64,000 nucleotides of DNA from positions 33,294,001 through 33,358,000 of the forward strand of contig NC_082712.1 in assembly GCF_030144855.1 (NCBI RefSeq), read 5' to 3'. The translations under genes were made by a program, and so were the position numbers. Of this stretch, positions 52,156 through 64,000 are shown in pieces (position 1 is the stretch's first letter; the number at the start of each line of letters is the position of its first letter). The notes below the pieces were generated by a model. It saw only the letters and a list, made by a program, of their open reading frames with translations, did no database searches and was not told the origin of the DNA. Origin of the DNA: Hypanus sabinus (lineage: Eukaryota).

Positions 52156-54599
52156 GCACTGATGCTCGCACTCCGGCGAGAGTGGAAGTGTAAACCCATT
52201 GAACGTTTCAAGTTCAAGTATAAAACAAATTGAATTTTCCAAGATTCGTCTTTGGCTCTACTTGTTTGTATTTGTTCTGTCTGCTCTGGGCTGCTGTGTC
52301 CATCCATTTAGCATGCAGGTGCATTCAGAATGTACACACTAGCAGCTTAAAAGTTTGCAGCATTTAGGTAGAATTTAGGTAGAATTGTGCATATGACTAT
52401 GTATATCCAAACATCTCTGTTCTCTTGTCCATTCAATAAATCAGCTGATTACAAATGCAAGTTACAAAATACATCAACTTCGAGCCAGACTTTTAAATGT
52501 GAATTTATTCCACGGCTCGGTTCAGATGGTTTCTCAAGGCAGTGCATTGATATAGAGCCGCCTGCGATTCTGTGACACTTCTGACAGAGTGAGAAGATTA
52601 TGGTTCCAAATCCCAGAAAATGTTACTGACTCTCGGTGGCCGACTGGTAGCACTACCTTGCATAAAGGATGTTAAAGTAAACCACCATCATCTCCCACAT
52701 TGAAGATCCCATGATACAATTTTAAAGAGATGCAGAGAAATTAACTGGCTAATATTTATCTCATCACCACTGATTGTCGGTTATCTCATCGTTACTGTTT
52801 GTGGGTGGCTGCCAGATCTCCAATGCTGTAATGGAATACAAAGTGCTTATTTGGCAATTAAGATCTTTAGGATGTCATCAGGTTTTGAGAGGGGCTTCAT
52901 TATAAAGCCTTTCCCTTTATTTCAAACAAAGCTAGAAGTAGTGTAAATTTATGGCTTCTTAGTTGGACTCATGATGTTCAAAAGAAATTATCACCTGCCC
53001 CATTGTTAAGTATTTCACGTAATTGTAAATTCATTGCTTTTTGATTCAGACTGGAGGGCACTCCTGCTAATACTATGCAAATTAGCCATATCTGGATGAA
53101 GTACTGAGCCAGAATGGTCTGAGCTGGCATAAACAGTTGAGTCCCTCCAGGCTTGGGTTCGTTAGTCAAGCTATCATGCATTAAAAGGGGTTTGAACAGC
53201 AAATTGAAGATGGAAAGGGATTGGTCAAAAGTTGTCTCTTAGAGAAATAATTTCATGACAAGGCAGGTGACGTGAGTGGGGTGGGCCTCTGTCTGAGGGG
53301 AGAAAAATTAATATCAGCCAACTTGAAGGGAGAGCAGCAAGTTGATAATCAGTTTTATGGAAATAAGGAAGCTTGAGGTGGTTCTCTTAGATAAAGAGGT
53401 TGTAAAGGACTTGAAGGGAAATGTAAAATATGACCACCTCGGACGGGAAACTTCAATATTCTACATTTCCCTGCTTCTCTCTCTGTTTCCATTCCACTTT
53501 TTATTTTCATTGTGTACCTCAGTTCGTTGCCAAATGGTTCTCGTGCAGATTGAAATGATATTAGAAGTAGTAACATCTGCCATGTGCAGATGCTACCCTC
53601 AGCCCCCATAGTCATGAAGAGGTCTCTGTGTTATGAGAGTAGTTTCCCCTTCCTCATTACTGCTTATTCTTTTGCTACTGGCATTGGAACTCACCAGGTG
53701 TTTACATCCTGTTTCAATACTTCTATTGTCCAGAGTAAACCTCTAGGTGTAACATTAAACATAAGATATACAAATAATTGGTCTCTTTTTATTTAGCCCA
53801 AGGAGAATACCTGTTTTTACATAGCGTTTCTTTTCCTTTGGTGATTCCATTCTGTTTGCTTTATTTTCCAAGTTGCCTGAGGCATCCAAGTGTCTCCAAT
53901 GTTATTTATGTTGTCTTTTTGCTCTCATTGTTACTACAATGTTTCCAGCCAGGCTCCTCATTGCTGCAGTTTAGGTTTTTCACACATTTGCCAATAGCCA
54001 TGAGGGCAGGCTCAAAGGGGCATATAGTCTTTACCTTCTGCAGTTAAGTCCCAGAAATCAGTCCAACAATTGTGGTGAGTGTGTGTTTCAGCAAAAGAAA
54101 TGTTTTATCCTCACCTTGTGCCAGACTGTTGCAAGTTCAGAATACTTTGTGCCCTATTGATGAATAACTTTTGATAAACAACAGACCAAATTTATAAAGC
54201 TGTGAAAGTGTCACTGTCACTGCCACTGTCTGTAAGGAGTTTGGACGTTCTCCCCATGACCATGTGGGTTTCCTACAGGAGCTCCGGTTTCCTCCCACAT
54301 TCCAAAGACGTACTGGTTAGTAGGTCACATGGGTGTAATTGGGCAGTGTGGAGTTGTTGGGCCAGAAGGTCTGTTACCATGCTGTGTCTCTAAATTTTTT
54401 TAAAACACTGCTAAAATCTGAAATAAAAGTAGAAAGCACTCAGCAGGTCAGGTAATATCTAAAGGGAGAGTGACCTCAAACATAGCAGGTTCTGTCTACT
54501 ACATGATGCTGCATATCTCCTGAATTAGTTCTGTATTAATTGCTTGTTTCGCCATTGAACAGAGTTGCAGGTTCTATTTCAAAAGAAAATAGTGGAGCA

Positions 54600-54860
54600 C
54601 AATGTGCCTTCCATAACACTGGATGCTCCAAATAGTTTAATAGGCAATAAAATCCCTTTGAAGTGCAGCCATTCTTGCACTGATGGGTTGTGCAGGCTCC
54701 ACCAACAGTACCGTAGAAGTGATTGGTAATGTTGTTTTAACATCTACAGGAAAAGCACCGGCCAGATGCCAGGACTCCCCTGTTCTTCTTTGATGCAGTG
54801 GTCTGGGATCTTTTGCATTTACCTGAGGGAGCAGGGACTTAATGCCTCTTTGCAAAGAGG
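54600..54860 (-). mobile_element. Ancient Deu-domain SINE remnant (second copy at about 52600-52920, +)
   Basis: cccctgttcttctttgatgcagtggtctgggatcttttgcatttacctgagggagcag resembles the recalled Deu domain. Confidence 0.55.
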
Positions 54861-54879
54861 TCTGTTCATCCTTCTAGGC

Positions 54880-54951
54880 CAAGGGTTCCCAACCTTTCTT
54901 ATGCCATGGAACCTTGCAATTAGCTGAGGGGTCCATGGTTCAGAATCCCTG
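54880..54951. mobile_element. hAT-Charlie-like MITE. Other copies at 11202-11285, about 18740-18816 and about 34838-34916
   Basis: caagggttcccaac...gaatccctg. TSD ttctaggc/ttctagtc, close to the NTCTAGAN Charlie target. Shared body ccatgga.ccctaccattaaccgagggg. Confidence 0.8.
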
Positions 54952-56759
54952 TTCTAGTCGTTTTGTTGGTGATGGAGGGAGGGGTAGCAAATTCTGACTA
55001 AACTTTAAAAAGAGCCAAATGTTGCTGCTATTTGCATTGCCCCAAGCCTCCCTACACTGATGGAACAAATAGAATGAGAACCAAATATACAGTAATGTCA
55101 TTTATTAAACTAAAGGAAGAATACAGCCAGCAGAGGGAACTCTTGCTTCTTCACACTAGAGCAGTTTTGGAATTCATTGGTGTACTTTTTCACAATTCAG
55201 CTATCCAAACAGAAAGATAAAAGCCGAGTTTGAGTGCTGGGAAAGCAGAAGTGCTATGCTGTATCTCTCCACTGCGGTCAAGAAATAACAGGCTGCTTAG
55301 AGTTCAAATTATTGCATTAATATGTAACACTGTATAACCTATCCACTCTTCTTCATTGCTTCCATCAGAAAATAATGGATCACTCTGATAACTTGGAAAC
55401 TATGAATTTGTTGACCTAATACTGAGCCTGGTACAGCTGTTTGTTCTTTTATTTCTTTTAGCATTAAAACAGCTACAGTCTTTGCATGAGATGTTGGTAT
55501 GAACGACTAAGTATATAGGTTTGCAGAGACGTGGAAGTCCATTAAGAGCTATTATATTCATCAGATCAATGGCTTTTTTTTAATCATGTATCAGAACAAA
55601 ACAACGAATTGCATTTCCCTATCTCTTGCTGCATTACTCTAGTATTTTCATCTGAACAGTCAATTTAATTTCTTCCTGATGCATTGGAAACTCCATCTAT
55701 ATGCCTTTCCAGTGCTGCATTCCAGATCATAACTACTGGCTGTGCCTCGCTAGCCATGCTGGATATAAATTGTTGTATTATTTTTCTTAGTGTTGATTTT
55801 GAGCACACTCAGAAATAAAACCTTCCAGGTATCTGCACAGGACATTATTTCTAGTCGTGTGATGGGGCTTGTATTAGCAGGAATGAATGTCTGCGTTCTG
55901 CAGAAAAGGGTGTTTTTGAAGCATTGTGTAGAAAACATCTGAAAAATTCCACATTCGGAGGCATAAAATATTTCTTTGAAAAACTTGTTCTTATTTGTGT
56001 ATTCATTTTGCACTGGGTGCCTAAATATTTTCAGTACCATATTTAATCAAATTTGTATCAAGAAAAGTAAACCAAAATAAATTGTAATTTAAATCTCAGT
56101 GCAAATTTCTGTACTAATGTTCGTCAGCCCCATGTCAAGAATACTAGGAATAGTATATCGCATAAAGAATGGCATTTCGCCTGTAAATATAGACATATAG
56201 TCATGGATATGACAGTGTTTAATTGTAAGTTAGTACTTTCATCTCCTTTTCTGTTTGGTTGGTTCTCTTACATAGAATTGATCCTTTTAGTACTAAAATG
56301 TTTAAGCATAAATTTAAATTGCGGTTTATTTTGGCATGTATCAAGTATTCATGATTCTTGCTGTTCAAGCTGAATTTAAGAAACATTCGCCAAAATATTG
56401 CTTTTTAATCTTTTACACCTGATCTCTCTCATTTGTTGACAAGTAATTTCACCCAAGTTAATGCTGAAAATTTAGGGTATTTTATTTATCATTGATCCAA
56501 TTATCTTAAAAGTAGCAAGGAAAGGATGCATATAACCACATCTGTGCTTTCTTGTAAGCTGATCTGGGATCCTATGATCTTCTGGACTTAGCTGATTTGA
56601 GCATTTTTAGCTGAGGGTAATGTTGTACATTGTTTGTGTTGCTTGTTCCATTCACATTGTGAAGTGAAAGTAAAAATTCAACTGTTTAGAAAAATTGCTG
56701 TGTTTTGGCATTTTGTTAAATAACTCTGTTGTAGATCAATCATTTTCACTTGCCAAACC

Positions 56760-57304
56760 TAGTCTGTGTGCGTCCTGAGCTTTGTTTTCTTTGAACATGC
56801 TGGAAAGGCGCTAGACAGAGCTATGCTGCACCATGAGCCAGCTGTGTCCCAGTTTTGTACCGTCAAATCCAGCTGCTATCTTTGCAGAGGTGTCACTGCT
56901 GATTTGCCCTCGTGTTTGACCTTAAAGGCGGTTGGTAGCACATTTATCATATAACAGGCAAGAAGAAAGCTAATGGTTTTACAGGGATTTTATCTTTAGA
57001 AATGACTTGAAGAGGGTCTGACAACTACAGAAGTATTTTGCTTTGAGCCGGGTAGTGTGCGTAACGTGAGTGTGTGTGAGAGAGACACTGCTGGAGCCCA
57101 CTTGCTGCTATGCACAGCAGCATTCATGATCTCCTGAAGTTGCTGGAGTGAATAACTAGAAGCGTCAGCTGACTTTCTTTCTCCAATTGGAATTGCTGTG
57201 ATGTAAGTGTTTAGCAGCTGCAAGCTTCAGAATTAGCATGGTGAGGTCTGTGGCACTGCAGTATGGCCATACAGTGGAAGAAATGAGAGAAAACCAGGAC
57301 TAAC
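56760..57304 (+). promoter_or_regulatory. Putative internal promoter and 5'UTR of the short MAST isoform, with uORFs
   Basis: Repeat-free segment with several CpGs directly upstream of the alternative ATG (gtgcgtaacgtga near 57056; CGTCA CRE half-site 57163-57167). uORFs at 57238-57303 and 57263-57286. The TSS cannot be determined from sequence. Confidence 0.5.
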
Positions 57305-57343
57305 ATGGACGAGTCCAGCATTCTTCGGCGACGAGGGCTTCAG
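57305..57343 (+). CDS. MAST4: Alternative first coding exon of the MAST gene (MDESSILRRRGLQ)
   Basis: aacATGg Kozak context, 13 codons, then CAG|GTGGGC donor at phase 0. The peptide matches the recalled MAST3/short-MAST4 N-terminus MDESS(L/I)LRRRGLQ-KELSLPRRG. The shared KELSLPRRG exon is not seen in the window, so it should lie downstream. Confidence 0.85.
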
Positions 57344-60300
57344 GTGGGCATCATCACTTTATTCTTGCCAAAGGGTTGTATTTGCACAGACAAAACTATT
57401 AATACCTTCTGTTACATTCCTTCAGGTTGCCTTTTTAAGAGACAAACATTTGAGTCTTATTTTGGGATATAAGGTGCCAAAAAATGTGCTGCTTTAGACA
57501 GTATGTATTTTAAATGGTGTTCTTGTAAAGTAGTTGATAGTTGTAGGTTTGTTCAGTTAGATTAGTTGCTGACAGTTTGTGCTACATCATATGAAGACCA
57601 GAGAAGGTACTTCATCCAAACTACTTATTCTGCTCTTTGTGCACACAGTTACGTTCAGTAAAGCTTTTTTAAAAAAGCTTGAAGTCTGACTACAGCACAT
57701 ATATTTTGTGATAATTTCTGTGCTCAGACATTGAGTTTCACATCTGCTGCTGAATAAGTTGAGGTTCATATCTCCTTTTAATTGAGAAAGTTCAGTTTAC
57801 CAACTATTAAACATATCAGCATCATTGAAAGCAAACGTAGACGTTCTTTCAGAGTTAGATGTTCGGTTATTGTGGATTTTAATTGTTGTAATTGATGAGT
57901 TAATGACAGCAAATTTTGAATTTTAAAATAGCTTGATGTACCTTTTGACATTCGCCTTGAACGAACTAACAACACTAAAACATATTTCTGTGCAGTTACC
58001 CTTTTGTGACACCAAGACAGAGGCTATTGTTTTTGCCAGTCCAGACAGCTAATGTTGCCGTGCTGTTTGAAAGTGGGAAGCCAAGATTAAGTTTGATCTC
58101 CCTTGGTGATTGCTCTTCTGACAGGACTTGCCCGTTGGTGTACAGCGAAGGAATCCCGGTTGATTTAGCTAGCGTGAAACGTGTGCCCCTTCCCGCTGAT
58201 CTTTAGTTCATTCACCAGAAACAGTGAATCAAATCTGTTATCTCACGGATCTGCATAGCTAAGCTGCTGTCTGCCTTTAGATTAGCAAAGTTTTGCTTTG
58301 CCCTATGTATTCACACTATGCTGGTATACTGAGCAAGTCTGTCTGTTAGCAGATTACTCAATGTAAGAGGCAGTTGGGTTAAAGTTCTAATTACAGTAGG
58401 TTATCTGCTTACTAGTTTTGGAAAATAGATTTTATAAATATACCTGGAGCTGAAAAGCAGAATGTGGAACAATGCTCATACCCTTGGTCTTTTCTCACTC
58501 AGACGCTGAGCCTGAATCTGGGAGGGTAGGGAGAGGGTTATTTTCTCATAACCAAACTACTAATGGTCTGGTGTTAATAGCATAGTTTATTTTGATTACA
58601 GTTTACCTCTGAACTATGCAATTAGTGCAGTTTGAGGAAACTGCATTATTTTGAGGTGGGAATTTCTAGCTTTAAGGATGTGGCTTGGGGTGGGAATCAG
58701 ATTTTGAACAGGGAAACAGTCCATGTTGCATTCATCACCTTCATAACATTCAGATGTCACGTAAGAACAGCCTTCCATTTGTACATCCAATTGCACCTTT
58801 CACCAGAGATCTTAAGCCGTGGAGGCAGCTGTGTTTTATTTGAAGAGGAGTAGGACAATTGAACTCCTGTTATTTGGATTGCAGCTCAGCTTGCTTTATT
58901 ATCTACGTTCTGAGGTTAGCTCGCTTACTTTGTAGGAGATGGGGTGGGAGATGTAGAAGGGTGCTAACTGGGAATGAATGACTGACCTGGGGTTTATGTT
59001 TTTCAGTAATTTGTGCATCTGCTATTCATTTTGCATATTATGAGCTCAAGTTTTAAATTTGATGCAAATGCAAGGAAATAGTTTTGTAATAATCCTGAGG
59101 CTTGACAATATGATATAGGAATAGGTTTGGGCCTTTTGGCCCATTGAGTATGCTTCACCATTCTATCATGACAGTTTTTAAAAATTCCATTCTTCCACCT
59201 TCTCCTCTGTAACCCTTAACCCCTTTATTGATCGAGAACCTATCAATCTATTCCTTAAATGCATTCAATGTTGTCATGATTGCGCTGTATGCCAACAAAT
59301 ACCATAGATACACCACCCTCTGGCTGTGGGGGAGGGCCAAACTCTTCCTCAATGAAGTTTTAAAAGGACTTCCCTTTTATTCTGAGACCGTATCCTGGGA
59401 TCCTAGGCTCTCCTACCAATCCTTTCTAGGAGCGTAGTGTAGCTATTATCAATGGAGGAGATGAATAACTATCTTCCACAAGGATTGGTCTTGGGCCACT
59501 GCTCTTCAACTACTTAATGACTTAAAAATTTAAAGATTAGCTTTATTTGCCATATGTACGTTGAAACAGAGTAAGATGCGTTGTTTGAGTCGAATCAAAT
59601 CAGTGAGGATTGTGCTGAGCAACTGCCGTCTTGCTTCTGGTGCCAACAGCATTCCCATAGCTCACTAACCCTAACCATACATCTTCAGAATGTGGGAGGA
59701 AGCCAGTGCGGTGACAGGGAGAACATACAGCAGTGGGAATCAAACCCCAATCTTACAGCTAACAGTGTAAAGCGTCGGGCTAACTGCTGGGCAATCAAGC
59801 CAGTCTCTGAGATCAAAAACACGATTTCTAAATTTGCATGTGCTGCTAATCTTAGGAAGGAAAGTCGGTACTGATGAGAACTACAACAGAGTGCAAAGGA
59901 GGGGGCATTGATGAGCTTGCAGAATAAGAACACAACAAGGATTGGCCCTTCAGGAGTCTACCCTAACATGCTCTAATGTTGAGGATGATTTGCTACCTCA
60001 CTCATTTCTGCCTTGGAACCAAGGCACATTCGTTCCTTTTAATATTGTAGTTTCTTTTTGTGGCACATTAGGCGGCACTTCTGATGTTTCCATTGCATTT
60101 GACTGTTTTTTACGAGGTCGAGCTGCTAGCTCGATGTTCAACTCAGCACAGGTGGAAAGCATGCAAGGAGCTGGCCCATTTCAAACTTGGGGCCATTTGC
60201 TGATGCCACTACACTGCCAGCCGACTGTTCCTTTAACGTTACAAATAGGTAAGTGAAAATGAAGCTACAAATGCTGCAAATCTAAAATAAACCAGACAAT

Positions 60301-60757
60301 GCTGGAAATGCTCAGCAGGTCAGGTTGTATCTGAAACCATTAACATCTTGGGCAAGTAATTGTCATGTGAAATTAAGCAAAGTAAATGCAAGGTAGAACC
60401 TTTGGTAGGAGGAATAGGGATTTAGTTGAAACCTGGAAAGTGTGAATGTAGGTGAAGTGGAGAACAAAGGGAATTGGAGTACAATGCACCAGTCGTATGT
60501 GGGGCAGCTAGTAGAGTTGTTCTAACAACCTGGGTTCCTCTTGCTTCTCAAAGATGAACAAATGGTAGTTTATTAGGGTACCGTAATTTTCCCCATTGTG
60601 TGTTTGGATGGTGGGGAGTGAGAGGGATAGTGGTAAATAGGTTGCTGAGAAAATTAAAGGAAATTAATTTTTTAAAATGCCTTATGAGCTGGCATAGATT
60701 TGATAGATTGAATGATCTCCTATTTTTGTAAAGAAATGTGATGAATTATTTAAAGTT

Positions 60758-62286
60758 AATAAAAACACAAAATGCTGGCAGAACTCAGCAGGCCAGACAG
60801 CATCTGTGGGAGGAGGTAGTGACGACGTTTCGGGCCGAAACACTTCATCAGGAGTGAAGTAACATGGGATGGTCAAGGGGGGATAAGAAGTGGGGGGAGG
60901 GATGAAGTAGAGAGCTGGGAAGTGATAGGCTGGAAGGAAATGGGCTAGGGGGAAGGTGGAGAATTATGGGAAATAAAAGAGAAAGAAAGGTAGGGCTGGG
61001 GGGATATTATAGTGAGGGGGGGAAAAGAGAGAGAAAGAGAACCAGACTAAAATAATTTTTAGGGATGGGGGTTAGGGGTGGGGCAGGGGCATCAATGGAG
61101 GTCTGTGAGTTGAATGTTCATGCCGACAGGTAGGAGGCTACCTAGGCGGGAGATAAGGTGTTGCTCCATCGACCTGCGTGTGGCCTCATCTTGACGGTAG
61201 AGGAGGCCGTGGACAGACATGTCGGAGTGGGAGTGGTCTGTGGAATTGAAGTGTGGCCACAGGGAGATCCCGCCACTGCTGGAGGATTGAGCGCCGGTGT
61301 TCGGCGAAACGGTCTCCCAGTCTGCCTGCAGCGGGTCTCCCCAATGTATAAATGGCCACTTCGGGAGCACCGGATACAGTATATCACCCCAGTTGACTCG
61401 CAGGTGAAGTGGCGCCTCACCTGGAAGGACTGTCTGGGGCCTGGGATGGTGGTGAGGGAAGAAGTGTGGGGGCAGGTGTAGCACTTCTTCCGTTTGCAGA
61501 GATGAGTGCCCGGAGGGAGGTCGGTGGGGAGGGATGGGGGGGATGAATGGACAAGGGAGTCGCATAGGGAGCGATCCCTGTGTAAAACTGAGAGTGGGGA
61601 GGGGAAGATGTGGCTGGTGGTGGGATCATGTAGGAGGTGGCGGAAGTTACGGAGGATTATACATTGGATCTGTAGGCTGGTAGGGTGATAGGTGAGGACC
61701 AGGGGGACTCTATCCCTGGTGGGCTGGCAGGGGGATGGGGTGAGGGCAGAGGTGCATGAAATACGGGAGACGCGATGGAGGGCAGAGTTAGTGGACGAAG
61801 GGAAGCCCCTTTCTTTAAAAAAGGAAGACATCTCCTTTGTCCTCGAATGAAAGGCCTCATCCTGAGAGCAGATGCGGCAGAGGCGGAGGAATTGAGAGAA
61901 AGGGATAGCATTTTTGCAGGAGACAGGGTGGGAGGAGGAATAGTCTAGGTAGCTGTGGGAGTTAGTAGGTTTGTAGTAGATGTCGGTGGATAGGCTGTCT
62001 CCAGAGATAGAAACAGAAAGATCTAGAAAGGGGAGGGAGGTGTTGGAAATAGACCAGGTGAATTTGAGGGCGGGGTGAAAGTTGGAGGCAAAGTTAATGA
62101 AGTTGACGAGCTCAGCATGTGTGCAGGAAGCAGCGCCAATGCAGTCGTCGGTATAACGCAAGAAAAGAGGATGACAGATACTGGTGTAGGCTTGGAACAT
62201 AGATTGCTCTACATGGCCAACAAAAAGGCAGGCATAGCTAGGACCCATGCGGGTGCCCATGGCTACACCTTTAGTTTGGAGGAAGA
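60758..62286 (-). mobile_element. 5'-truncated Penelope-like retroelement (RT plus GIY-YIG endonuclease plus 3' pseudo-LTR tail)
   Basis: ORF 61142-62260: (GVA)MGTRMGPSYACLF, LRYTDD (62144-62155), TDIYYKPT.SH.YLDYSSSHP, GVIYCIRC...LYIGET. Frameshift near 61325. Tail carries a CTGATGA...GAAACGTC motif. Confidence 0.92.
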
Positions 62287-62299
62287 TATAATTTAATAA

Positions 62300-62510
62300 A
62301 TGAGGTACTGTTCAAGGGTTCAATGTCCATTTCGGAATCTGATGGCGGAGGGGAAGAAGCTGTTCCTGAATCACTCAGTGTGTGCCTTCAGGCTTCTGTA
62401 CCTCCTACCTGATGGTAACAGTGAGAAAAGGGCATGCCCTGGGTGCTGGAGGTCCTTAATAATGGATACTGCCTTTCTGAAACGGTGCTCCCTAAAGATG
62501 TCCTGTGTAC
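62300..62510 (-). mobile_element. Rex1/Babar- or L2-like LINE fragment. Related 3' ends at about 19205-19445, 26060-26400, 30640-30900, 32085-32290, 37500-37730
   Basis: gaatctgatggcggaggggaagaagctgttcctgaa...tacctcctacctgatggtaac motif. The related copies end in (tctgat)n-type tails. Confidence 0.6.
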
Positions 62511-63359
62511 TTTGTTCTGTACTTTATATTTTATGTTCTCGCTGAGGAGAAGCACATATGGTTACTTGGGGAACAAGCAAATATCTCACAGCACTGGAGG
62601 TCAGGATTGAACCTGAATCACCAGGAGGCAGCAGCTCAAAGAGCTGCACCTCTGCTTCGCATTCCCTTTGTTCTCCTAGGTTGGACAGAATGTACAATTT
62701 CTGAACCATGTATCCTCTGTATATAATACTATGCAACTACATGGAAGGGTGTTTTAATCCTTTTGTACCCCTGTCTTCCGAGTTGGGGTGAACAGACAAT
62801 AAAATATTTAAAGCTATTGACAGTGGCTGTTTACTCTAGATAGTACTGGCTCATCGGAAGTGGCTGCATCCTGAGCAGTTCTGTCCTCTACCCTTTCCAA
62901 AGGACAGTTTAACAAGCCAAACATATGGAGAATTGGCAGTAGCAACATTCATGTGCATGTGTCAGAAGAGTGATTATCTTGTAGAACGGATTAAGCAGCT
63001 TTTCAGTGTCATTTAGTGATTCTAACTATGAAGCTGATTCGTAGCATTGGAAATCCCTGCTACTCATAATTCGACTCGATGGCCAATTCACAGGGGAGAA
63101 AGTCACTCGGTGCATCAGCAAATATTATGTTAAATCCACAGTCAAGATAACTGTGAGATAACCACACAGCTCAATTCAGTGGATCTACTACAACTCATTT
63201 AAACGTTTTGCTGATAATTGCAGTCTGGCTCCAGGTATAGAAAGTAATGTCCTTGTTTTGTAGCATCTGGATGGTGGTGCAGAAATTCACTTTTGCAATC
63301 TCTGCGTGCTGTTCAAACAGTCTTTGTTTTGCTGAGCTGGTCAAAGGATTGAGGATAAA

Positions 63360-64000
63360 GTCCAAACAAGAGAAATCCAAAGTAATTGCTGGAAGAACTC
63401 AGCAGACCAGGCAGCATCTGGGGAAAAGAGTAAACAGTCGACATTTTGGACCGAGACCGTTCATCAAGACTGCAGGGGAAATGAGAAGTCAGAGCAAGAA
63501 GGTGCGGGGAACGGGAAAAAGAACGACAAGGTGGTAGGTGATGTGTGAAGTAAAGAGCTGGGAAGTTGATAGGGAAATGTAAATCTGATAGGAAGGTGTA
63601 GGTGACCATGGATGAAAGGGAAGGGGGAGGAGCACCAGAGGGAGGTGATGGACAGGTAAGGTGAGAGGGGGAAATGGAAAAGGTGAAGGGGGAGTGGCAG
63701 ATACCAGAAATTCAAGAAATCGATATTCATGTTATCAGGTTGGAGACTAACTAGATGGAATATAAGGTGCTGCGCCTCCAGTCTGATTTGTGACCCCATT
63801 GTGGCAGTAGAAGAGGTCATGGATTGACATATTGGAATGGGGAGTGGAATTGAAATGGGTAGCCACCGGGAGATCCTGCTTTTTCTGACAGTTGAAGCAT
63901 AGGTGCTTGGTGAAGTGATCTGCCAGTCCACATTGGGTCTCACCAATATGCAGGAAGCCACACTGGGAGCACCAGATATAGTAAATGATCCCAGCAGGTT
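63360..64000 (-). mobile_element. Penelope-like 3' fragment
   Basis: Same tail. RLEAQHLIFHLVSLQPDNMNIDF is a GIY-YIG C-terminal peptide. Confidence 0.8.

Noticed and set aside
52361-52386. 11-bp tandem duplication atttaggtaga
   Set aside because: Simple local slippage with no further structure.
57344-64000. Next MAST exon (KELSLPRRGS, about 32 bp) and kinase-domain exons
   Set aside because: Looked for but not found; presumably beyond the window. The long-isoform first exon was likewise not found upstream of 16058.

Overview
Eukaryotic, AT-rich (my estimate about 40% GC) vertebrate genomic DNA. The repeat set (CR1, Penelope, V-domain SINEs, Deu-SINEs, Gypsy LTRs) suggests a cartilaginous fish, probably a ray; this is inference. 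The window is almost entirely intronic sequence of a + strand MAST-family kinase gene, best matching MAST4. I see two internal coding exons (16058-16211 and 20043-20167) and a short alternative first coding exon MDESSILRRRGLQ (57305-57343) preceded by uORFs. The rest is transposon debris, a fold-back minisatellite and a 140-N gap. The most unusual object is a structurally complete 3.8-kb non-autonomous Gypsy LTR element (5116-8947, minus strand; ATTA TSD, tRNA-Pro PBS). Its shrunken gag-pro-RT frame has lost RNase H and integrase and instead carries, in frame, intron-less pieces of a sarcomeric myosin heavy chain rod (MYH16-like), an apparent host-mRNA capture. Also notable are many Penelope-associated hammerhead-ribozyme-like motifs and a Tigger4/Zombi-like transposase remnant. 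All homology calls come from remembered protein and repeat sequences, not from database searches.
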